Shown here piece by piece: positions 1 to 7,161 of a stretch of 32,000 nt of DNA. Each line of letters starts with the position of its first letter. The stretch's first letter is position 1. A program made the translations under genes and the position numbers. The stretch spans positions 3,570,001-3,602,000 of the forward strand of contig NC_010546.1 in assembly GCF_000017845.1 (NCBI RefSeq), written 5' to 3'. The notes beneath the pieces are model-generated. The model made no database searches. It was not told the origin of the DNA and saw only the letters and a list, made by a program, of their open reading frames with translations. Origin of the DNA: Crocosphaera subtropica ATCC 51142 (GTDB lineage: Bacteria; Cyanobacteriota; Cyanobacteriia; Cyanobacteriales; Microcystaceae).

Positions 1-59
1 AATTAGTTATATACTCTAAAAAGAGTGGCAGGCCAACTATCTGATTTATAAAGATACAA

Positions 60-78
60 GGTTTGAACGATTGAAACC
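60..78. promoter_or_regulatory. Imperfect palindrome GGTTTGAA-cga-TTGAAACC upstream of the sulfur operon; candidate operator or 5' UTR hairpin
   Basis: 7 of 8 arm positions are complementary. It lies a few nt upstream of AGGAG (83-87) and of ATG 97. Confidence 0.25.
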
Positions 79-96
79 CCCTAGGAGTAAGAAAAA

Positions 97-795
97 ATGC
101 TATTACGTCAATTGTTTGATCAAAACACCTGGACTTATACCTACTTAATTGCTGATCTGAATACCAAAGAAGCAGTATTAGTTGATCCTGTTTTAGAACA
201 GGTAGAACGGGACTTAAAACTCATTAAAGAACTGGGACTGACATTGCACTCTTGTTTAGAAACTCATATTCATGCTGACCATGTAACCGGAACAGCCAAA
301 TTAAGACAATTAACAGCTTGTCAGGGGATCGTCCCCGAAAATGCCACCGTTGGTTGTGCAGACCGCTTTATTCGGGATGGAGAAATCTTAAACGTAGGGG
401 AAATTAAGATACAAGCGATCGCAACTCCTGGTCATACCGATAGCCATATGTCTTATCTCGTCAATGATAATTGCCTTCTCACAGGAGATTCTCTGTTAAT
501 TCGAGGGTGTGGACGTACCGATTTTCAAAGTGGAGATGCCGGGACACTGTACGACCACATTACTCAACGACTCTTTACCCTACCAGATACCACCTTAGTT
601 TATCCTGGTCACGACTACAGAGGCCATACCGTTTCTACCATTGGCGAAGAAAAACAGTTCAATCCTCGCTTTGTCAGCCATGATCGGGCAAGTTTTATTG
701 AATTAATGAATCATCTTAACTTGCCTAATCCTAAAAAAATAGCAGAAGCGGTTCCTGCTAATCAACGCTGTGGTCAAGTACCAACTACCGTCTAA
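97..795 (+). CDS. Persulfide (sulfur) dioxygenase, ETHE1-like metallo-beta-lactamase fold
   Basis: HxHxDH motif (HIHADHVTG). ATPGHTDSH and C-terminal LVYPGHDYRGHTVSTIGEEKQFNPRF are typical of ETHE1/PDO. AGGAG RBS at 83-87. Confidence 0.85.
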   Translation: MLLRQLFDQNTWTYTYLIADLNTKEAVLVDPVLEQVERDLKLIKELGLTLHSCLETHIHADHVTGTAKLRQLTACQGIVPENATVGCADRFIRDGEILNVGEIKIQAIATPGHTDSHMSYLVNDNCLLTGDSLLIRGCGRTDFQSGDAGTLYDHITQRLFTLPDTTLVYPGHDYRGHTVSTIGEEKQFNPRFVSHDRASFIELMNHLNLPNPKKIAEAVPANQRCGQVPTTV

Positions 796-834
796 CATTT
801 ATTTTTATTCTTAAATAGTTGCATTGAAAAGCAG

Positions 835-1374
835 ATGAAAACACTTAATTCCGAGGCATTACCAACCATTGATAGCAATACCTTAAAATCATGGTTAGAT
901 AGCGATCGCGTCACCCTTGTTGATGTTCGGGAAGTTTCAGAATATGTGGGGGAACGGCTTCCTACGGCTTTACTGGTTCCCTTATCTAAATTGGAACCTC
1001 ATAATATTCCTCAAGAACAAGATAAGCCATTAGTTCTTTACTGTCGAACCGGCAACCGCTCTGCTCAAGCAGCACAAAAGCTCTTGGCGGTGGGTTTTCG
1101 AGGAGTGACTCATCTCGGTGGTGGTCTAGAAGACTGGAAAAAAAGAGGATTACCAACAATTGTCAATCGTAATGCGCCTATCAGCTTAATGCGTCAGGTA
1201 CAAATTGTAACCGGTTCATTGGTCATCACAGGCACGCTGTTAGGGGCGTTTGTTTCTCCTTGGTTTTTGATGCTCAGTGGTTTTATCGGCATGGGACTTC
1301 TTTTTGCAGGCATTACAGATACCTGCGCTTTAGCAAGGTTATTGGCAAAATTACCTTTCAACCAACGGTTGTAA
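835..1374 (+). CDS. Rhodanese-domain sulfurtransferase fused to a C-terminal DUF2892 (YgaP-like) membrane domain
   Basis: Active-site loop CRTGNRS. C-terminal hydrophobic hairpin with the ITDTCALARLL motif. 39 bp downstream of the dioxygenase gene. Confidence 0.85.
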   Translation: MKTLNSEALPTIDSNTLKSWLDSDRVTLVDVREVSEYVGERLPTALLVPLSKLEPHNIPQEQDKPLVLYCRTGNRSAQAAQKLLAVGFRGVTHLGGGLEDWKKRGLPTIVNRNAPISLMRQVQIVTGSLVITGTLLGAFVSPWFLMLSGFIGMGLLFAGITDTCALARLLAKLPFNQRL

Positions 1375-1381
1375 ATGGAAG

Positions 1382-2164
1382 ATGATGATTTGGATTATTG
1401 GACATTTTTTAGCCATTTGTATCGGACTCAGCTTAGGCTTAATTGGGGGAGGGGGTTCTATCTTAGCCGTACCCATCTTAGTTTATGTTATGGGACTAGG
1501 AGCTAAAACTGCGATCGCCATGAGTTTAGGCATTGTCGGTACAGTTAGCTTAGTTGGTGCTATTCCTCACTGGTTGCAAGGCAATGTTAACTGGCCAGTG
1601 GCTGTTATTTTTGCCCCGACTGCCATGTTAGGGGCTTATCTCGGTGCGCGAATGGCAAGCTTTGATTTTATTACGGAAACCCTTCAATTGATCTGCTTTG
1701 CCCTGGTTATGGTTTTGGCTAGTTTGATGATGATTCGCCAAGGAGGAAAAAGATTAAATAATCAAAGCTCGATCAAAGAAAAAGACAGTTTACAACATCA
1801 AAATCAACATAATTGGTTGTTTATCCTTCTCGAAGGATTAGGAGTCGGTATCTTGACAGGATTTGTGGGGGTGGGGGGCGGTTTTGCCATCATTCCTGCT
1901 TTGGTCCTTTTAGGGGGTCTTCCCATGAAGGAAGCGATCGGCACTTCCTTAATTATTATTACGTTTAAATCAATGACGGGATTCTTAGGTTATTTTTCCC
2001 AGGTAAATTTTGATTGGATGTTAATGATTTCTTTTGCGATCGCAGCCAGTTTAGGAACCCTTACAGGGGCTTATCTTACTCGTTTTATTGAGGCGAAAAA
2101 CTTACAAAAAGCTTTTGGTTATTTCGTTTTAGCCGTAGGCATTTTTGTTTTAATTCGACATTAA
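1382..2164 (+). CDS. TauE/SafE family sulfite/anion exporter (DUF81)
   Basis: Polytopic membrane protein with duplicated GGGGSIL / VGGGFAIIPAL motifs. 7 bp after the rhodanese stop, so probably one operon. Confidence 0.85.
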   Translation: MMIWIIGHFLAICIGLSLGLIGGGGSILAVPILVYVMGLGAKTAIAMSLGIVGTVSLVGAIPHWLQGNVNWPVAVIFAPTAMLGAYLGARMASFDFITETLQLICFALVMVLASLMMIRQGGKRLNNQSSIKEKDSLQHQNQHNWLFILLEGLGVGILTGFVGVGGGFAIIPALVLLGGLPMKEAIGTSLIIITFKSMTGFLGYFSQVNFDWMLMISFAIAASLGTLTGAYLTRFIEAKNLQKAFGYFVLAVGIFVLIRH

Positions 2165-2174
2165 ATTAACCTGA

Positions 2175-2209
2175 GTTCGGGGTTAGGGGTTCGGAGGTCG
2201 GAGTTAGAT
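2175..2209. repeat. Five tandem heptamers (GTTCGGG GTTAGGG GTTCGGA GGTCGGA GTTAGAT), STRR-like
   Basis: Read directly from the intergenic sequence between the convergent TauE and Cys-rich genes. Confidence 0.5.
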
Positions 2210-2341
2210 CATATTTAACAAAATAATGGGTGTTTTAGGCAACGATTTTATTAGCCTTTGAGCTTATCCCGAATTCACGTTAAATTAATAAATTTAATTT
2301 TTATTAGCGGAGTCTACCATAGTGAAAGAAAATATGAACAC

Positions 2342-2683
2342 CTAGTATTCACATTGAACACTACATGAATCTTTTGTACAAGTTTTTTTACCACATTTAC
2401 CTCCATCACATCTTGTACTACAACTATTAGTCCAGATTGTATTTCCATATTGGTCAATGCCACGACAACTAGCACCACAACTTACAGGACCTTTAGTATT
2501 TTCATCAGATATCAAGGAAACTTCAGTATCACACTCGGTAGTTATAATCTGATTCAAATTTCCTAATGGGTTTATTTCAGTTAGTGGAGTAAATATTTCA
2601 CTAGAAATAGGATCAGCGAATGCGCTAATTGTCAAAAAAGACAGTGTTAGAATTAAAACCAAAAATAATTTAATCACTTTCAT
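2342..2683 (-). CDS. Small secreted cysteine-rich protein of unknown function
   Basis: N-terminal Sec-type signal peptide (MKVIKLFLVLILTLSFLTISAFA/DP). The mature part has 9 Cys, including three CxxxC pairs and one Cx4C pair. I recognise no family. Confidence 0.55.
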   Translation of the reverse strand: MKVIKLFLVLILTLSFLTISAFADPISSEIFTPLTEINPLGNLNQIITTECDTEVSLISDENTKGPVSCGASCRGIDQYGNTIWTNSCSTRCDGGKCGKKTCTKDSCSVQCEY

Positions 2684-2906
2684 TTCAATATACCTTTAAA
2701 ATTCAGATTAACATCACTAAAATCATTTTTTTCAGTCCTATTAGACTATGACCCCTGTGCAAAGCTATCCCAATAGTAACGGCTTAATCTCCCTCAATAT
2801 TATTTGAATTAACTATATCAAAAAACTGGGACAGTATTTAAAATTTTAAAAAAGGTGCAAGATATGAGCCTCCCACTAGGAGCGATCACTACTAGCAACA
2901 GGTAGA

Positions 2907-2936
2907 AAGAAACACTTATTTTCCAATGTGTTTCTT
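2907..2936 (-). terminator. Candidate ffh terminator hairpin
   Basis: Perfect 9-bp stem AAGAAACAC/GTGTTTCTT with a 12-nt loop, 12 nt downstream of the ffh stop. The U-tract is weak. Confidence 0.4.
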
Positions 2937-2947
2937 AAGAGATCAAC

Positions 2948-4417
2948 CTATAAATTGCCAAACCCTTTCTTTTTCTTGTTTTTCTTGGCTTTTTTCTTTT
3001 TACCACCCCCATAACCCCGAAATCCTGGGGGTGCGCTTTGACCAAACATTCCGCCCATTCCTGGCATTCCACCGCCCATTCCTGGCATTCCGCCACCCAT
3101 TCCTGGCATCGCTGGCATTCCCCCTTGTCCCATTTGCTGCATCATCCCCCGCATACGGGTGAAATTCTTAATTAGTTTACTGACTTCTGCTTCAGGATGC
3201 CCAGAACCTTGAGCAATACGACGGCGACGACTGGGAGATTTTGCTAATATATCAGGGTTTTTCCGTTCTTCTAGGGTCATCGAACTGATCATGGCTTCGG
3301 TACGTTTGAGTTCCCCTTCTCCTTTTTCAATATCCTTGGTACTCAGTTTATTCATCCCCGGAATCATCTTTAAAATGCTGCCAAAGGACCCCATATTTTT
3401 CATTAGGCGCATTTGTTTGAGGAAGTCGTTAAAGTCGAATTTTGCTTCTAAAATCTTCGACTGCATCTGTTCGACATCGGACAGATCAATCTCTTCTTGT
3501 GCCTTTTCAACTAAGGTTAAGACATCCCCCATACTCAAAATACGGGAAGCCATGCGATCGGGATAAAAGGGTTGTAAGGCTTCGACTTTTTCCCCAACCC
3601 CCACAAATTTAATGGGTTGCCCCGATATTTGGCGTACAGACAGGGCTGCACCCCCTCTGGTGTCCCCGTCCATTTTGGTTAAAATGGCTCCTGTAACCCC
3701 AATTTGGTCGTGAAAAGTACGGGTAAGGTTAGCTGCTTCTTGTCCCGTCATAGCATCGACAACGAGCAAAGTATCATCAGGGTTAACCGCTTTTTTGACA
3801 CGGGCTAACTCTAACATCATCTCTTCGTCTATTTGCAGTCGCCCGGCGGTGTCAATAATAACCGTATCAATGCCCATTTCTTTGGCTTTTTCGACCCCTT
3901 GGGTGGCAATATCAACGGGGTTGGCCTGGTTTCCGAGTTCAAAAACAGGAACCTCTATTTGTTCGCCGAGGGTGACCAACTGATCGATCGCAGCCGGACG
4001 ATAGATATCCGTGGCTACCATCAAAGCAGTTCGTTGTTGTTTACGCAAATATAGGGCAAGTTTAGCGGTAGCGGTAGTTTTACCTGTTCCTTGTAACCCG
4101 GCCATTAAAATGACGGTGGGAGCATTTTCTGCCTGTGCTAGAGGAACGTTACTTTCCCCCATCACTTTGACTAATTCATCGTAGACAATTTTGATCAATT
4201 GTTGGCCAGGGTTGACCCCGGCGATCACTTCTGCACCGATCGCAGCTTTTTCCACATCTGCAATGAAGGTTTTAACCACTTGCAGGTTAACGTCTGCTTC
4301 TAAGAGGGCCCGACGCACCTCTTTTAAAGCATCTTGCATATTGGCTTCGGTGATCTTATCTTGACCCCGTAATTTTTTCCAAGCGTCTTCTAAGCGATCG
4401 GCGAGAGCATCAAACAT
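2948..4417 (-). CDS. ffh: Signal recognition particle protein Ffh (SRP54)
   Basis: N-domain, then G-domain motifs GLQGTGKTT, DTAGR, TKMDGD. Met/Gly-rich M-domain tail and a Lys-rich C-terminus. Confidence 0.97.
   Translation of the reverse strand: MFDALADRLEDAWKKLRGQDKITEANMQDALKEVRRALLEADVNLQVVKTFIADVEKAAIGAEVIAGVNPGQQLIKIVYDELVKVMGESNVPLAQAENAPTVILMAGLQGTGKTTATAKLALYLRKQQRTALMVATDIYRPAAIDQLVTLGEQIEVPVFELGNQANPVDIATQGVEKAKEMGIDTVIIDTAGRLQIDEEMMLELARVKKAVNPDDTLLVVDAMTGQEAANLTRTFHDQIGVTGAILTKMDGDTRGGAALSVRQISGQPIKFVGVGEKVEALQPFYPDRMASRILSMGDVLTLVEKAQEEIDLSDVEQMQSKILEAKFDFNDFLKQMRLMKNMGSFGSILKMIPGMNKLSTKDIEKGEGELKRTEAMISSMTLEERKNPDILAKSPSRRRRIAQGSGHPEAEVSKLIKNFTRMRGMMQQMGQGGMPAMPGMGGGMPGMGGGMPGMGGMFGQSAPPGFRGYGGGKKKKAKKNKKKKGFGNL
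3051..3113. repeat. In-frame 21-bp tandem repeat inside ffh (encodes GMPGMGG units)
   Basis: CCGCCCATTCCTGGCATTCCA and CCGCCCATTCCTGGCATTCCG are adjacent, followed by a degenerate third unit. Confidence 0.7.
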
Positions 4418-4427
4418 AAGGCTTTTA
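4237..4427. repeat. Direct repeat copy 1 (ffh codons 1-60 plus 10 nt of 5' UTR), part of the intact ffh
   Basis: 187/191 nt identical to 6784-6974 in the same orientation. Confidence 0.97.
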
Positions 4428-4484
4428 CTGTGTTAGATTGTTGTTCGAGTATTCTAATTGTACTAGATCGATTATGATGCTTTC

Positions 4485-4514
4485 TTTATATTTTTTTATC
4501 GCTGATAAAGCTAA
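4485..4514 (-). promoter_or_regulatory. Weak candidate promoter for intact ffh, located inside the cassette
   Basis: On the minus strand: TTAGCT (4509-4514), an 18-nt spacer, then TATAAA (4485-4490), about 70 nt upstream of the ffh ATG. Sequence match only. Confidence 0.2.
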
Positions 4515-4566
4515 TAAACTTTTATTATAATGGTACTAATCAGAAGTTTCGAGAAGGAAACTTGAC

Positions 4567-5952
4567 ATGGGTACCAAAATTACAGTTCGAGAAGCAGCTT
4601 CTATTCTAAAACTTACTGAACAGTATGTTCGGACTCTTTGTCGAAATAGGCTACTTCACTCTCAAAAGATTGGAAGAATGTGGCTTATTGAAGAAGAAAG
4701 TATGTTGCAGTATGGGCTAAGGACAGCACACTATGTTGCAGAAGATCATACAATTTACAACAATCAAAAAAGTAGACCCATTGCAATTAGCTTTTTTTCT
4801 GGAGCAATGGGTTTAGATATAGGAATAGAACAAGCAGGTTTTGATATAAAATTAGCTTGTGAAATTGATAAATATTGTCGTCAAACTATTGCCTTAAATA
4901 AGCCTAATATAGCTTTAGTTGGAGATATAAATAGTTGTTCAGCAGATGATATTCTTTCGTATGCAGGGTTAACTCGTTCGGATGATATTGATTTAATTGT
5001 TGGAGGTCCTCCTTGTCAAGCATTTAGCACCGCAGGAAAAAGAAATGGATTAAACGATAATAGAGGAAATATATTTCTCACTTACCTAACTATTATTTTT
5101 GATATTCGACCCAAATATTTTGTCATTGAAAATGTCCGTGGACTATTATCTTGTCCCCTAAAACATAGACCTCATAATATGAGAGGGACAGAGTTTCCCA
5201 ATTTAACTTTTGACGAGCTTCCAGGTGGTGCTTTAAATTTTGTCCTTAGCCTTGTGAGAAACAATGGCTATTCGTTCTCATTTAATCTGTACAACAGCGC
5301 AAATTTTGGAACACCTCAAATAAGAGAACGAGTTGTCATAATCTGTTCAAGAAATGGAGAAAAACCTCCATTTTTAATACCGACTCACTCAGAAAAGGGA
5401 CAATATGGACTTAAAAAATGGAAAACATTTAGACAAGCAACAAAAGGAATTGATAAGCATCATCACTTAACATTTCCTGAAAAGCGATTAAAGTATTACA
5501 AAATGCTTTCAGAAGGACAAAACTGGAAGTCTTTACCTAAAAATTTACAAAAAGAAGCACTAGGAAAATCTTACTATGCAGGTGGTGGAAAAACAGGTTT
5601 TCTGCGTCGACTTTCATGGAATAAACCATCTCCTACTCTAGTAACTCATCCCGCTATGCCTGCCACCGACTTAGCTCATCCACAAGAGAATAGACCTCTA
5701 TCTATCGAAGAGTATAAAAGAATACAAGAATTTCCTGATGACTGGCAATTGGCTGGCCCTCTTATTCAACAATATAAACAAATAGGGAATGCTGTACCCA
5801 TAAGTTTGGGGAAAGCAGTAGGCTTATTAATAATGAAACTTTTAAATCAGGAGAATATTCCAGATTATTCTAATTTTAGTTTTTCAAGATATAAAAATAC
5901 TAGCGATACAGAATGGCAAACCAAGTTTGAAAGTACATCTTCTAATTTATGA
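4567..5952 (+). CDS. DNA (cytosine-5)-methyltransferase with an N-terminal excisionase/MerR-type HTH domain
   Basis: C5-MTase motifs: I FSGAMGLDIG, IV GGPPCQAFS, VI ENVRGLL, VIII FGTPQIRERV, X QIGNAVP. Residues about 5-50 (ITVREAASILKLTEQYVRTLCRNRLLHSQKIGRMWLI) look like an HTH_17 domain. Confidence 0.93.
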   Translation: MGTKITVREAASILKLTEQYVRTLCRNRLLHSQKIGRMWLIEEESMLQYGLRTAHYVAEDHTIYNNQKSRPIAISFFSGAMGLDIGIEQAGFDIKLACEIDKYCRQTIALNKPNIALVGDINSCSADDILSYAGLTRSDDIDLIVGGPPCQAFSTAGKRNGLNDNRGNIFLTYLTIIFDIRPKYFVIENVRGLLSCPLKHRPHNMRGTEFPNLTFDELPGGALNFVLSLVRNNGYSFSFNLYNSANFGTPQIRERVVIICSRNGEKPPFLIPTHSEKGQYGLKKWKTFRQATKGIDKHHHLTFPEKRLKYYKMLSEGQNWKSLPKNLQKEALGKSYYAGGGKTGFLRRLSWNKPSPTLVTHPAMPATDLAHPQENRPLSIEEYKRIQEFPDDWQLAGPLIQQYKQIGNAVPISLGKAVGLLIMKLLNQENIPDYSNFSFSRYKNTSDTEWQTKFESTSSNL

Positions 5953-5986
5953 CTGTTTAAATTATATTTTTCCCACAGAGATATTA

Positions 5987-6688
5987 TTACTTTTGATAAT
6001 TTCTGTGTCTTTTTTCTTCATCTAAATATTGCCTCACAAAATTTATAAAACCTTGTTCATTCAAAGAATAACCCTGCATTGATGGTGGAAGATTATCCCA
6101 ATTAGTTTTTCCAGTTTTAGAAAATGACCGAAACCATTTTTGAATTGGAGTTCCATTCCGAATAGCACTACTCGAAGAGTTTTCTGAGTTATCTCTATTC
6201 TTTATCTGCAAGGGTAACCATGTTCCATCATCATTTCGGCGAATAAAATCAATTGCTTTGACAAAATTTCCACAACACCAATGCCAACCATTTGAGCGAA
6301 GTACCGAGTCAAGATATCTTTCCAAAAGCGCACCAACACAGTTTTCTGCACACATTGAATGTTGATGCTCAAGTTTGATTTGATTACACTGTTCTTCGCT
6401 ATATCCATAAGCCACTTGCATAACAACGCTAACGATTTCATCAGGGACTGTTTGTGGTATTGCTGGAAAATCGGACTTTCTATAACCATCAAAATATTTT
6501 TGAGCCAATATATTTAATCCTTCATCATTAAAGACAGAAGGCTTTTTTTTACCTCTCCAAGATAAAAATATTGGGTTATCTGAGAGAAAACAACATACTT
6601 CAGTAAATGATACAATTAGGCTTCTCTCATCTTCTGTTATTGCAGTATTTTCTGCAATTGTCTGAGCCATTGCTTGATTGAATTCCAC
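5987..6688 (-). CDS. Putative type II restriction endonuclease, partner of the adjacent C5-MTase
   Basis: Assigned from context only. It is tail-to-tail with the MTase (34-bp gap), within the same inserted cassette, and I can name no recognisable family. The track start is GTG at 6688, with AGAGGA upstream. An alternative ATG lies at 6670. Confidence 0.5.
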   Translation of the reverse strand: MEFNQAMAQTIAENTAITEDERSLIVSFTEVCCFLSDNPIFLSWRGKKKPSVFNDEGLNILAQKYFDGYRKSDFPAIPQTVPDEIVSVVMQVAYGYSEEQCNQIKLEHQHSMCAENCVGALLERYLDSVLRSNGWHWCCGNFVKAIDFIRRNDDGTWLPLQIKNRDNSENSSSSAIRNGTPIQKWFRSFSKTGKTNWDNLPPSMQGYSLNEQGFINFVRQYLDEEKRHRNYQK

Positions 6689-6778
6689 TTTTAAGGTGTC
6701 CTCTTGAGAAATTCGTAAAAATCAGATTACTTTAAATCATACTGATTGCACAGGGAAAAGTCTCTAGATAACGATTAA

Positions 6779-6964
6779 TTAGGCGATCGCAGCTTTTTCT
6801 ACATCTGCAATGAAGGTTTTAACCACTTGCAAGTTAACGTCTGCTTCTAAGAGGGCCCGACGCACCTCTTTTAAAGCGTCTTGCATATTGGCTTCGGTGA
6901 TCTTATCTTGACCCCGTAATTTTTTCCAAGCGTCTTCTAGGCGATCGGCGAGAGCATCAAACAT
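6779..6964 (-). pseudogene. Truncated duplicate of the ffh 5' end (codons 1-60, then A-stop)
   Basis: The first 60 residues are identical to intact Ffh. The ORF ends at the repeat/cassette junction, which coincides with a HIP1 site (GCGATCGC, 6783-6790). Confidence 0.92.
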
Positions 6965-6974
6965 AAGGCTTTTA
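6784..6974. repeat. Direct repeat copy 2 (ffh 5' fragment attached to the ancestral upstream region)
   Basis: 187/191 nt identical to 4237-4427. Confidence 0.97.
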
Positions 6975-7026
6975 AATTGTTCGGTTACTATTTAATGTTA
7001 TTTTCCTACTTCTTTCAGTTTACTTT

Positions 7027-7056
7027 ATTTTAGAACAAATCAACTAGATAATCTAG
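7027..7056 (-). promoter_or_regulatory. Candidate ancestral ffh promoter overlapped by the palindrome CTAGAT-A-ATCTAG
   Basis: On the minus strand: TAGATT (7050-7055), a 17-nt spacer, then TAAAAT (7027-7032). A 13-bp palindrome sits at 7044-7056. Sequence match only. Confidence 0.25.
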
Positions 7057-7161
7057 GGAAATGTTACGTTTAAGAAAATAGTCCCTAAACACTTAGCCAC
7101 GGGACATAAAATCTAATTAGAAGTTTAACCTATATTAATTTAACAAAAAATAGACTAATTT

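Larger units (their letters stand above)
4428..6783. mobile_element. Inserted type II restriction-modification cassette bounded by the 191-bp ffh duplication
   Basis: The unique 2356 bp between the two ffh 5' copies encodes only a methyltransferase and a convergent ORF. No transposase or integrase is present. Confidence 0.7.

Noticed and set aside
471-683. 70-aa ORF overlapping the dioxygenase gene in another frame
   Set aside because: It lies entirely inside a strongly supported CDS and its composition is not protein-like. Treated as a frame artefact.
2926-4054. Plus-strand ORFs 2926-3162, 3291-3566, 3795-3983 and 3833-4054, antisense to ffh
   Set aside because: All are embedded antisense in the well-conserved ffh gene. 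Their translations are low-complexity mirror images of the ffh reading frame.
6202-6492. 96-aa ORF overlapping the putative endonuclease gene in another frame
   Set aside because: Same strand, alternative frame, no RBS, and shorter than the enclosing ORF.
4428-6783. Absence of HIP1 (GCGATCGC) in the R-M cassette as evidence of foreign origin
   Set aside because: I count only about 13 HIP1 sites in 32 kb, roughly one per 2.5 kb. Several clearly native genes also lack it. A HIP1-free 2.36-kb stretch is therefore not statistically meaningful.
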